From: an uncultured Oscillospiraceae bacterium
Lineage (GTDB): Bacteria > Bacillota > Clostridia > Peptostreptococcales > Anaerovoracaceae
DNA: 24,907 nt
Assembly: GCA_964387185.1 (NCBI GenBank)
Contig: CAYLVS010000002.1
Span: 2,848 to 27,754 of the forward strand
Direction: 5' to 3'
Part shown: positions 10,000 through 18,327 of the stretch, one piece after another
Position numbering within the stretch: the first letter of the stretch is position 1
Layout of the letters: each line of letters starts with the position of its first letter
Notes under the pieces: generated by a model
Told to the model about the DNA's origin: nothing
Databases searched by the model: none
Seen by the model: the letters and a program-made list of their open reading frames with translations, nothing else
Program-made: the position numbers and the translations under genes

Positions 10000-11382
10000 A
10001 TGATGGAAGACACAATAGCTGCAATTGCGACTGCCTATGGAGAGGGTGGAATTGGGATTGTCAGAATCAGCGGCTCGAAAGCGAAGCAGATTTTGGACGA
10101 GCTCTTTGTACCTGGGCATTTGCAAAGCGCAGCGCATATCGTTAATAGACAATTAGTGTATGGGCACATCATAGATCCGGACATGAATACGGTGGTAGAT
10201 GAGGTTATGGCGGTGTACATGAAAGAGCCTGCCACTTATACAAGAGAAGATGTTGTGGAGATTCAATGTCACGGCAGCACGGTTTCTTTGCGCAAGATTC
10301 TTTCCTTAGTTTTGGCGCGGGAAGCGAGGCTTGCAGAGCCCGGTGAATTTACAAAGAGAGCTTTCCTCAATGGGCGGATTGATCTTTCCCAGGCAGAGGC
10401 AGTTATCGATGTGGTTCGGGCAAAGACTGACAAGAGCTTTCAAACGGCAATGAATCAGTTGGAAGGAAGTCTGTCCCGAAGGGTTAGAGACCTTCGCAAG
10501 CAGCTCATGGATATCCTGGTGAAGCTGGCTGTGAATATCGATTATCCTGATGAGGATATCGAAGAACTCACCTATGATGAGTTAATAGATAGCCTAAAGT
10601 CAATAGGCGATAATGTACAAGAACTAGTAGCTTCAGCGGATACAGGGCGCATGATTCAAGAGGGAATACGGATAACCATCGTAGGGAGACCAAACGTTGG
10701 AAAGTCTTCGTTGCTCAATGCACTACTGAGAGAACAAAGAGCGATTGTGACCGAAATACCGGGAACGACAAGAGATACCATCGAAGAAGGCTTAAACCTG
10801 CAGGGCATCCCCGTTTACGTAACGGATACAGCGGGAATCCACTCCACGACTGATCCTATTGAGCAGATGGGGATTGAGAGAAGCAAGGCGGCCTTTGACA
10901 AGGCAGATCTGCTTGTCTTCATGGTGGACTGCAGCCGGGATCTTAGCGAGGAAGACCTGCAAATTGCTGAAGGGATTGGCGATCGCAAGGTTATTGTAAT
11001 GTTGAACAAAATAGACTTAGGTAAGCAAGTGTCGCCGCAACATCTTGATGAAATGTTGCCCAATGCGAAGTTTGTGGATGCAGCAGTTATTGAAGAGAAG
11101 GGCATTCGTGAACTGGAAGAACTGATTGTGGATTTAGTCTACGGTGGAAAGGTTTTACAGGAGCAAAGTGATATCATCACAAACGCGAGGCACAAGGATC
11201 TGTTGGTGCGGGCAAGAAAAGATATTTATGACGGGATGATCATGGCCTGTCAATTTGAAGCTTTGGATTTCATTGAGGTGGATGTGCGACATGCCTGGGA
11301 GCTTCTGGGAGATATTATCGGCGAGACGGTCACGGAAGACATAATAGACACTGTTTTTCAGCGGTTTTGCCTCGGGAAATAG
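10000..11382 (+). CDS. mnmE: tRNA modification GTPase MnmE (TrmE)
   Basis: Start at ATG 10000 or 10003 behind AGGAG. DTIAAIATAYGEGGIGIVRISG, GRPNVGKSSL, GTTRD, DTAG, NKID, C-terminal FCLGK. Confidence 0.98.
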   Translation: MMEDTIAAIATAYGEGGIGIVRISGSKAKQILDELFVPGHLQSAAHIVNRQLVYGHIIDPDMNTVVDEVMAVYMKEPATYTREDVVEIQCHGSTVSLRKILSLVLAREARLAEPGEFTKRAFLNGRIDLSQAEAVIDVVRAKTDKSFQTAMNQLEGSLSRRVRDLRKQLMDILVKLAVNIDYPDEDIEELTYDELIDSLKSIGDNVQELVASADTGRMIQEGIRITIVGRPNVGKSSLLNALLREQRAIVTEIPGTTRDTIEEGLNLQGIPVYVTDTAGIHSTTDPIEQMGIERSKAAFDKADLLVFMVDCSRDLSEEDLQIAEGIGDRKVIVMLNKIDLGKQVSPQHLDEMLPNAKFVDAAVIEEKGIRELEELIVDLVYGGKVLQEQSDIITNARHKDLLVRARKDIYDGMIMACQFEALDFIEVDVRHAWELLGDIIGETVTEDIIDTVFQRFCLGK

Positions 11383-11391
11383 GAGACAGCT

Positions 11392-13266
11392 ATGGGTTAT
11401 CTCATGGGCGAATATGACATCATTGTAGTAGGAGCCGGCCATGCCGGCTGTGAAGCGGCGTTGGCCTCGGCGCGAATGGGGAAAAGTACTTTGATCCTGT
11501 CCATAAATTTAGAAGCCATAGCTATGTTGGCATGCAATCCTTCCATTGGAGGAAGCGGAAAAGGTCATTTGGTTCGCGAGATAGACGCTCTGGGAGGGCA
11601 AATGGGGCTGGCCATCGATGAGGCCTTCATTCAGAGCAAGATGCTCAACACGTCGAAAGGGCCTGCTGTCCACTCTTTGCGTGCCCAGGCGGATAAAGTG
11701 CTCTATCATCAAGCGATGAAGCGGGCTTTGGAGGAGCAGGAGGGCCTGGACCTGAGGCAAGGTGAAGTTGTTGAGTTGCTCATCGAGGATGATGAGGTTA
11801 AGGGTGTTCTGCTGAATACGGGAGCTCATTACAGCGCAAAAGCAGTCATTCTGGCAACAGGGACCTTTCTTGGCGGGCGGATCTTTATCGGCGAGTATAA
11901 TTATATAAGCGGGCCGAACGGACTTTCCCCATCTCTTAGGCTAGCTGAGAATTTGAAGGAGCATGGCCTTGCAATGCGAAGGTTCAAGACCGGCACACCG
12001 GCCAGGGTGAAGGGCAGCACTTTGAATTATAATCTGATGGTGGAGCAACCGGGAGATGAAGAGATCGTTCCATTTTCCTTTATGAATGAGAAGTTGGAAT
12101 GCGATCAGGTTTCCTGCTGGCTTACCTATACCAATGAGGAAACTCACGATATAATCCGCCGGAATTTCGGGCGTTCCGCTCTTTTCGGCGGTCAGATCGA
12201 AGGAGTAGGGCCCAGATACTGCCCTTCTATAGAGGACAAGGTGAATCGCTTTGCCGATAAGAAGAGGCATCAGCTTTTTATTGAACCGGAGGGGCTTACG
12301 ACAGAGGAAATGTACGTGCAGGGCATGTCTTCCAGCCTGCCTGAAGATGTTCAGGAGGAGTTCTACAAATCCATACCCGGATTGGAGAATTTGAAGATCG
12401 TGAGACCGGCCTATGCCATGGAATACGACTGCATCGATCCACAGGAATTGCACTTGAACTTAGAGCATAAGAGAATTAACAATCTGTTCTGCGCCGGCCA
12501 GTTCAACGGAAGTTCCGGGTATGAGGAAGCTGCAGCCCAGGGGCTGATGGCGGGCATTAATGCGGTACGAAAGCTGGACAAGAAGGATTCTTTTGTGCTG
12601 GATCGATCGGAGGCTTATATCGGTGTGCTTGTTGACGACTTGATTACCAAGGGGACGAATGAACCCTATCGAATCATGACTTCACGGGCGGAATATCGCC
12701 TTGTTCTCCGTCAGGACAATGCCGAGCAACGCCTCACAGAGAGGGGCTACGATGTAGGGTCGGTATCGAGGGAACGTTATGAGGCGTTTTTGACGCGGAA
12801 GAATTCTGTTGAAGCCGAATTGAAGCGCCTGGAAAAGACGGTAGCCACTCCTTCTACAGCGAATGCTTTTCTTGAGTCTATCGGGAGCGCGTTACTACAG
12901 AGTGGTGTTTCATTGGCAGAGCTGTTGCGGCGCCCTGAGCTGACCTACGAGAGGTTGGCTGAACTCGATTCTGAGAGACGGCCACTTTCCCGGCATGTGA
13001 TTACATCTGTTGAAGTGCAGATTAAATATGCGGGTTATATTACCAAGCAGCTGCAACAGATTGAAAGATTCCGAAAGCTGGAAAACAAGAAGATACCTTT
13101 GGGTTTGGATTATGAGAAGTTGGATGGGCTTCGGATCGAAGCAAGGCAGAAGTTGACGCAGCAACGGCCGCTATCTATAGGGCAGGCATCTCGAATATCA
13201 GGGGTTTCGCCTGCGGATATCAATGTACTGTTGATTCATTTGGAGAGGCAGAGACGTTCGCAATAG
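11392..13266 (+). CDS. mnmG: tRNA uridine-5-carboxymethylaminomethyl synthesis enzyme MnmG (GidA)
   Basis: 624 aa. [55 protein letters not shown]. Confidence 0.99.
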   Translation: MGYLMGEYDIIVVGAGHAGCEAALASARMGKSTLILSINLEAIAMLACNPSIGGSGKGHLVREIDALGGQMGLAIDEAFIQSKMLNTSKGPAVHSLRAQADKVLYHQAMKRALEEQEGLDLRQGEVVELLIEDDEVKGVLLNTGAHYSAKAVILATGTFLGGRIFIGEYNYISGPNGLSPSLRLAENLKEHGLAMRRFKTGTPARVKGSTLNYNLMVEQPGDEEIVPFSFMNEKLECDQVSCWLTYTNEETHDIIRRNFGRSALFGGQIEGVGPRYCPSIEDKVNRFADKKRHQLFIEPEGLTTEEMYVQGMSSSLPEDVQEEFYKSIPGLENLKIVRPAYAMEYDCIDPQELHLNLEHKRINNLFCAGQFNGSSGYEEAAAQGLMAGINAVRKLDKKDSFVLDRSEAYIGVLVDDLITKGTNEPYRIMTSRAEYRLVLRQDNAEQRLTERGYDVGSVSRERYEAFLTRKNSVEAELKRLEKTVATPSTANAFLESIGSALLQSGVSLAELLRRPELTYERLAELDSERRPLSRHVITSVEVQIKYAGYITKQLQQIERFRKLENKKIPLGLDYEKLDGLRIEARQKLTQQRPLSIGQASRISGVSPADINVLLIHLERQRRSQ

Positions 13267-13268
13267 CC

Positions 13269-13451
13269 ATGAGGGACATCTTTTTATCGAATACTGCACC
13301 TACAGGAGAACCGAAGAAAAGAGAGGAATCTTACCTACTTTCGGCCTGCAGTTTTAGTGGTGGGTTTATGTATACCGGGATGCAACCGCACCCTAGTACA
13401 AGGGATATATTTTTGGGTACGCACCAACAACCTACGCGGAAGGGTAAATGA
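13269..13451 (+). CDS. Possible 60-aa small ORF filling the mnmG-rsmG gap
   Basis: ATG 2 nt after the mnmG stop, and its TGA abuts the rsmG ATG. No own SD and no recognisable family. Confidence 0.2.
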   Translation: MRDIFLSNTAPTGEPKKREESYLLSACSFSGGFMYTGMQPHPSTRDIFLGTHQQPTRKGK

Positions 13452-14162
13452 ATGGAAACTTTGAGATGCGCAATGAATGCTATGGGTATCGAGGATAGCT
13501 TGGAGAGGATGGATACTTTTTCGGTTTATCGAGACCTGGTGCTTGAATGGAACGAGAAAGTCAATCTGACGGCAATTAAGGATCCGGAGGAGTTTGAGGT
13601 GAAGCATTTTGTAGACTCGCTGTTGGCAAGCAACTATTCCGGATTTCAAAAGGCCGTAAATGCTATCGATATCGGCACCGGTGCGGGATTTCCGGGGCTT
13701 CCTCTAGCCATTTGCTTTCCGGAGAAGCAATTTGTGTTAGTGGATTCGCTCAACAAGCGGATTCGCATACTCAACGAAATTATTAAGAGTCTCGGTGTCA
13801 AAAACGCTGTTGCGATACACGGTAGGGCAGAGGATTTGGCAATGCAGGAAAAACACAGAGAGAGTTACGACATATGCCTCTCCCGCGCAGTCGCGGATCT
13901 GTCTGTTTTAGCGGAGTATTGCCTTCCTTTTGTGCGGGTGGGCGGATATTTTGGTGCCTACAAGGCAGAGGGTGTGGATGGTGAAATCGCTGCAAGCAAG
14001 AGAGCCCTTAAGACTTTAGGCGGTCGATTTGAGTCGGCCACGAAACTGACTCTGGAGGGAGTCGACATGAAGCACCAGATCCTCTGGATCGAAAAGGCAG
14101 CACAAACGCCGGTAAAATATCCAAGAAAAGCAGGGATTCCATCGAAAGAACCAATAAAATAG
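13452..14162 (+). CDS. rsmG: 16S rRNA m7G527 methyltransferase RsmG (GidB)
   Basis: 236 aa. WNEKVNLTAI, KHFVDSL, DIGTGAGFPGLPLAI, DSLNKRI, SRAVA, TPVKYPRKAGIP. Confidence 0.98.
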   Translation: METLRCAMNAMGIEDSLERMDTFSVYRDLVLEWNEKVNLTAIKDPEEFEVKHFVDSLLASNYSGFQKAVNAIDIGTGAGFPGLPLAICFPEKQFVLVDSLNKRIRILNEIIKSLGVKNAVAIHGRAEDLAMQEKHRESYDICLSRAVADLSVLAEYCLPFVRVGGYFGAYKAEGVDGEIAASKRALKTLGGRFESATKLTLEGVDMKHQILWIEKAAQTPVKYPRKAGIPSKEPIK

Positions 14163-14243
14163 ATTTTAATGACAGTATTTGTATTATGAAAAGTCTACAC
14201 ATAGGACATGCCTCCTGTAAAATAAAACAAAGGGGGTATTTTT

Positions 14244-15035
14244 ATGTTGATGAGAAGCAAAAATAATCCTATGGAGATATCAATCAGCTCCATTGTGGCG
14301 AATCCAGGCCAACCAAGAAAAGTATTTCCCGACCAGGAATTGGACGAGCTGTGTAATTCCATCCGCGAGTTCGGAGTCATACAGCCTATTATTGTAAAGA
14401 AATCCGGTTCTCAATACATACTGATCGCCGGGGAACGAAGGGTCCGTGCATCGACGCTTGCGGGACTTGAGAAGATTCCCGCTGTCATCCGTGATGCGGA
14501 TGAAAAGGATATGGCTTTCATAGCCCTGATTGAAAATGTTCAGAGGGAAAACCTGAATTATATAGAAGAAGCCATGGCATACAAGCACTTTATGGATGAA
14601 TACGGGATGACGCAATGCGAAATTTCAAAGCGCGTAGGAAAGCAGCAATGCACCATTTCAAATAAAATCCGCTTATTGTCCCTACCGGAAGAGATGAGGG
14701 AAGCCTTAACAAAGAATCAGTTGACAGAACGCCATGCCAGAGCCATTCTCCGAATTACCGACGGTGAGCAGCGAAAGCAGATCCTTGAAAGAATCATCGA
14801 CCACTCATTAAACGTGAGGCAGAGCGAAAAGCTTATTGATGATTTTCTAAAAAAGACAGAGGATGAAAGGCGTAAGGCGGAAAAGCTCAGGTTTATAAAT
14901 TACAGAATATATATTAATACAATAAAAAATGCCTTTAATTCCATTCATGAGGTGGAGGAGGGTGCTAAGTATTACCAAGAAGATAAGGGCGACCACCTAG
15001 AGTTAAGAATTCTCATACCGAAAAAGGCAGGATAA
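14244..15035 (+). CDS. noc: Nucleoid occlusion protein (ParB-like paralog)
   Basis: 263 aa ParB fold (NPGQPRK, GVIQPI, GERRVRA, ENVQRENL). Noc-type recognition region GKQQCTISNKIRLL...TERHARA and C-terminal RIYINTIK. Syntenic between rsmG and soj. Confidence 0.85.
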   Translation: MLMRSKNNPMEISISSIVANPGQPRKVFPDQELDELCNSIREFGVIQPIIVKKSGSQYILIAGERRVRASTLAGLEKIPAVIRDADEKDMAFIALIENVQRENLNYIEEAMAYKHFMDEYGMTQCEISKRVGKQQCTISNKIRLLSLPEEMREALTKNQLTERHARAILRITDGEQRKQILERIIDHSLNVRQSEKLIDDFLKKTEDERRKAEKLRFINYRIYINTIKNAFNSIHEVEEGAKYYQEDKGDHLELRILIPKKAG

Positions 15036-15090
15036 AGTCTTTAGAAAAGGGCTTGTGCTAAACTGCTAAACTGAAAAGATGTGTATTTGT

Positions 15091-15136
15091 AATAAAAATA
15101 GCGAATGTTTCACGTGAAACATTCGCTATTTTTATT
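15091..15136. other. parS: parS site (15106-15121) at the centre of a perfect 46-bp palindrome / likely terminator after noc
   Basis: TGTTTCACGTGAAACA flanked by AATAAAAATAGCGAA and TTCGCTATTTTTATT, which are exact reverse complements. Confidence 0.95.
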
Positions 15137-15185
15137 TGTTGGTTGAAAATTGCTGTTCATAAGCCCAATAATGTAATATACTATA

Positions 15186-15201
15186 TGTAACAAGTGAAAC
15201 A
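15186..15201. promoter_or_regulatory. Degenerate parS-like site upstream of soj
   Basis: TGTAACAAGTGAAACA: 2 mismatches to TGTTNCACGTGAAACA, right half perfect. Confidence 0.4.
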
Positions 15202-15305
15202 AATACTATGGGGTTGTTCCTGATGTTCTCATTGTAACGTTGGTAGCATAGTGACTTTAAGACAGAATGTCCTGTATCTGTCTCGGTATAGAAAGGAAGG
15301 AAACT

Positions 15306-16082
15306 TTGGGGAAGGCAATTGCGATTTTCAATCAGAAAGGCGGAGTAGGTAAAACTACTACAAATATTAACCTGGCCGCGTGCCTGGCGCTAAAGGGTAA
15401 GAGAGTTCTCGTTCTGGACATAGATCCTCAGGGAAACACTACGAGCGGTTTGGGTATTTTAAAAAAAGGTTTGAAGAGAACCACCTATGAGGTCTTGGTT
15501 GATGACAGCGTCCAACCGGAGGAAGCTATTCTTTCCACAGGTCTGAAAAACCTTGATATTATTCCTGCCAGCGTACAGCTTGCAGGTGCAGAAATAGAGC
15601 TCGTGCAGTTGGAAGCCAGGGAGAGAAGGCTAAAGAAGGCAATTGACAGGATAAAAGGGAATTACGATTACATATTTATTGATTGCCCGCCATCTCTGGG
15701 ATTGTTGACGATCAATTCCCTGACAGCAGTAGACAGCGTTCTGATTCCCATACAGTGTGAATTCTATGCCCTTGAAGGTGTAAGCCAGCTCATGAGCACC
15801 ATAGACCTTGTTAAAAAGAATCTCAACAAAGAACTAAAAGTTGAGGGTGTTATCCTGAGCATGTTTGATGGGCGCACTAATCTTTCGATTCAGGTAGTTG
15901 AAGAAGTGAAAAAGTATTTTAAGGATAAGGTATACTCGACGGTTATCCCGCGAAACGTGAGACTTGCGGAAGCTCCCAGCTATGGCATTCCTATTACAGA
16001 GTACGATCCGAAATCCAAAGGTGCTTTAGCCTATATGGATTTTGCCGATGAGTTTATGGAACGGGAAGGGAACAGATTATGA
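15306..16082 (+). CDS. soj: ParA/Soj chromosome partitioning ATPase
   Basis: Start reassigned to TTG 15306 behind AAAGGAAGG (MGKAIAIFNQKGGVGKTTT). DIDPQGNTTSGLG, DCPPSLG, PIQCEFYALEG, IPRNVRLAEAPSYG. Confidence 0.97.
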   Translation: MGKAIAIFNQKGGVGKTTTNINLAACLALKGKRVLVLDIDPQGNTTSGLGILKKGLKRTTYEVLVDDSVQPEEAILSTGLKNLDIIPASVQLAGAEIELVQLEARERRLKKAIDRIKGNYDYIFIDCPPSLGLLTINSLTAVDSVLIPIQCEFYALEGVSQLMSTIDLVKKNLNKELKVEGVILSMFDGRTNLSIQVVEEVKKYFKDKVYSTVIPRNVRLAEAPSYGIPITEYDPKSKGALAYMDFADEFMEREGNRL

Positions 16083-16966
16083 GCGCATCAAAAAACAGAG
16101 GACTAGGTAAAGGCCTGGAAGCCTTGTTCAGCGATGTGGAAATAATGGTGAACAATCAGAACGCCGACGGTGCTAGCTTAGGTGATAGTGTGTACTTTGT
16201 AGATATTCACAAGATAAAGCCGAATGGGAACCAGCCTCGGAAAAGTTTCAACGAGGAGAAGATTGACGAGCTGGCAAAGTCTATCGAAGTGCACGGGATT
16301 ATACAACCTATCGTTCTTCGTCAGACAGAAGGCGGCTATGAAATCGTTGCGGGGGAGCGGAGATGGAGAGCTGCTAGAAGGGCCGGGTTGAAGGAAGTGC
16401 CCTGTTTGATCCGAGAGCTGACTGACGAGCAGAATGCTCTCATGGCTTTGATTGAAAACATGCAGCGTGAGGATTTAAATGCCATTGAGGAGGCTGCAGG
16501 CCTGGAGCGAATGATTCGCACTTTCGGATTAACGCAGGAGCAGGTATCCAAAAGCGTAGGCAAGAGCAGACCGTACATTGCAAACTCCTTACGGCTATTA
16601 AAGCTTCCGGACCAAATACAGCAGATGGTAGCTGAAGGAAAGTTGACCAGTGGCCATGCGAGAGCTATTGCAGGAATAAAGGATAGTAAAAAGCAACTTG
16701 CGGCTGCTGAGAAGTGTATGGAATTAAATTGGACGGTTAGAGATGTTGAGGCTTTTGCAAAAGATACCAACAAGCCGGCAGAAAAGAAAAGGCCGAAAGC
16801 TAGACCAAAGAACCGCGATCTCCTTGCCTTGGAAGAGGAGTTGAGAGTGGTCCTCGGAACTAAGGTTAATATAGTGCTAGGATCAAAAAAAGGGAAGATA
16901 GAGATTGAATATTTCAGTCGTGATGAGTTAGAGCGGCTTTTAGAATTACTTCAGAACCTAAAATAA
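16079..16966 (+). CDS. spo0J: ParB/Spo0J chromosome partitioning protein
   Basis: 295 aa, overlaps the soj stop. Soj-activating N-terminus GLGKGLEALF, GERRWRAA, ENMQREDL, GKSRPYIANSLRLL, GKIEIEY. Confidence 0.97.
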   Translation: MSASKNRGLGKGLEALFSDVEIMVNNQNADGASLGDSVYFVDIHKIKPNGNQPRKSFNEEKIDELAKSIEVHGIIQPIVLRQTEGGYEIVAGERRWRAARRAGLKEVPCLIRELTDEQNALMALIENMQREDLNAIEEAAGLERMIRTFGLTQEQVSKSVGKSRPYIANSLRLLKLPDQIQQMVAEGKLTSGHARAIAGIKDSKKQLAAAEKCMELNWTVRDVEAFAKDTNKPAEKKRPKARPKNRDLLALEEELRVVLGTKVNIVLGSKKGKIEIEYFSRDELERLLELLQNLK

Positions 16967-16998
16967 CAAATAAAATCTGCTAATACCCGGTGTTAGAG

Positions 16999-17031
16999 GA
17001 GATTGTTTCACGTGAAACAATCTCTTTTTTT
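16999..17031 (+). terminator. parS: parS site (17004-17019) within a terminator-like hairpin after spo0J
   Basis: GAGAT-TGTTTCACGTGAAACA-ATCTC perfect 26-bp palindrome followed by T7. Confidence 0.93.
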
Positions 17032-17080
17032 ACTACACCAAGCGGTATTAGGTTAATCAATCAGAAATGTAGATTACATG

Positions 17081-17109
17081 CACCTCAGATCCCGTCGTTG
17101 CATAAAATA
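17081..17109 (+). promoter_or_regulatory. Possible sigma-K-type promoter upstream of the cysteine desulfurase
   Basis: CACC (17081-17084), 16 nt, CATAAAATA (17101-17109) fits mACm-N16-CATANNNTA. The motif is short. I found no good sigma-A promoter in this gap. Confidence 0.35.
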
Positions 17110-17159
17110 GAGATGGCACTCCATTTGAACAGTAGAAGAACGTAAAGGGGAGAACAGAT

Positions 17160-18308
17160 ATGATATATCTTGATAATGCTGCAACCAGCTTTCCGAAGCC
17201 AAAGTGCATGTTGTTAGAGATGGAGCGGTGCTTGCGCGATTACTGCGGAAACCCCGGAAGATCGGGTCACGGTCTGTCTATACAGACAGGCCAAGGCGTG
17301 TATGACACGAGAAGTGAAATTGCAATGCTCTTTGGCATTCAGGATGCTTCCAGAATTATATTTACAGCCAATACAACAGAAGCATTGAATATGGGTATAA
17401 AGGGGGTATTGAGTCTCGGTGACCATGTAATAACCACTGCAATGGAGCATAATTCTGTGTTGAGACCGTTAAAAGCTTTGGAATCTCTGGGTATACGGTC
17501 CAGCATTATCAACTGTGATTCGCAGGGAATGCTTGATACCACCGCGGTTGAGTCGGAAATTATGCCAAATACGCGACTCCTTGTATGCACGCATGCTTCC
17601 AATGTAACAGGAACAATTATGCCAATTGCTGAGATTGGCCGGATTGCAAAAAAGAAGGGAATTTTATTTATGGTTGATGGGGCGCAGAGTGCCGGATCGC
17701 TGAGCATTGATGTTGAAAAATTAGGAATTGATCTCCTTGCCGTTCCCGGGCACAAAGGGCTCCTGGGTCCACAAGGCACGGGATTTCTCTATGTTCGGCA
17801 GGGAATCCCCTTCAGGCATTATAAAGAAGGAGGAACCGGAACAGACTCAAAAAGTAGGAAGCAACCGTTCGAATTTCCGGAAGGCTATGAGGCCGGTACA
17901 ATTAACGCACCGGGCATTATAGGATTGGGAGCCTCCGTTAGATGGGTCAGCCAAAAAGGTATCGAGACAATTTTACAGCACGAGCAGGGGTTGATCAAGC
18001 AGCTATACGAGGATTTACAGAATATGAAACGAGTACGATTATATGGACCAAGAGACATGGAAAAGAGGTGCTCAATCATAACAATGAACATTGACAACAT
18101 AGGGTGCGAAGAAGTAGCAGGCCGACTTTGGGACGAATCCCACATAGCGGTAAGAGGCGGTTTCCACTGTGCCGGTCCGGCGCATCGCACGATCGGAACC
18201 TGGGAAACAGGTGCGGTGAGACTTAGCGTTGGACCATTTAACACCCACAAGGATGTCCTGGGAGGGGCAGATGCTATTTACAAACTGACAAAAGAGGCGT
18301 ATTATTGA
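17160..18308 (+). CDS. Cysteine desulfurase family protein (class V PLP aminotransferase, group II-like)
   Basis: 382 aa. IYLDNAATS, MEHNSVLRP, HASNVTG, VDGAQSAG, PGHKGLLGPQGTG (PLP Lys), VRGGFHCA (catalytic Cys). Confidence 0.92.
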   Translation: MIYLDNAATSFPKPKCMLLEMERCLRDYCGNPGRSGHGLSIQTGQGVYDTRSEIAMLFGIQDASRIIFTANTTEALNMGIKGVLSLGDHVITTAMEHNSVLRPLKALESLGIRSSIINCDSQGMLDTTAVESEIMPNTRLLVCTHASNVTGTIMPIAEIGRIAKKKGILFMVDGAQSAGSLSIDVEKLGIDLLAVPGHKGLLGPQGTGFLYVRQGIPFRHYKEGGTGTDSKSRKQPFEFPEGYEAGTINAPGIIGLGASVRWVSQKGIETILQHEQGLIKQLYEDLQNMKRVRLYGPRDMEKRCSIITMNIDNIGCEEVAGRLWDESHIAVRGGFHCAGPAHRTIGTWETGAVRLSVGPFNTHKDVLGGADAIYKLTKEAYY

Positions 18309-18327
18309 AACAATAAGGAGTATTGGT

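Noticed and set aside
14195-14217. Minus-strand AGGAGG followed by a mini-ORF MSYV
   Set aside because: SD-ATG spacing is only 1 nt and the ORF is 4 codons; likely chance.
15056-15073. Tandem TGCTAAAC duplication after noc
   Set aside because: A single 8-bp duplication is consistent with replication slippage, with no supporting context.
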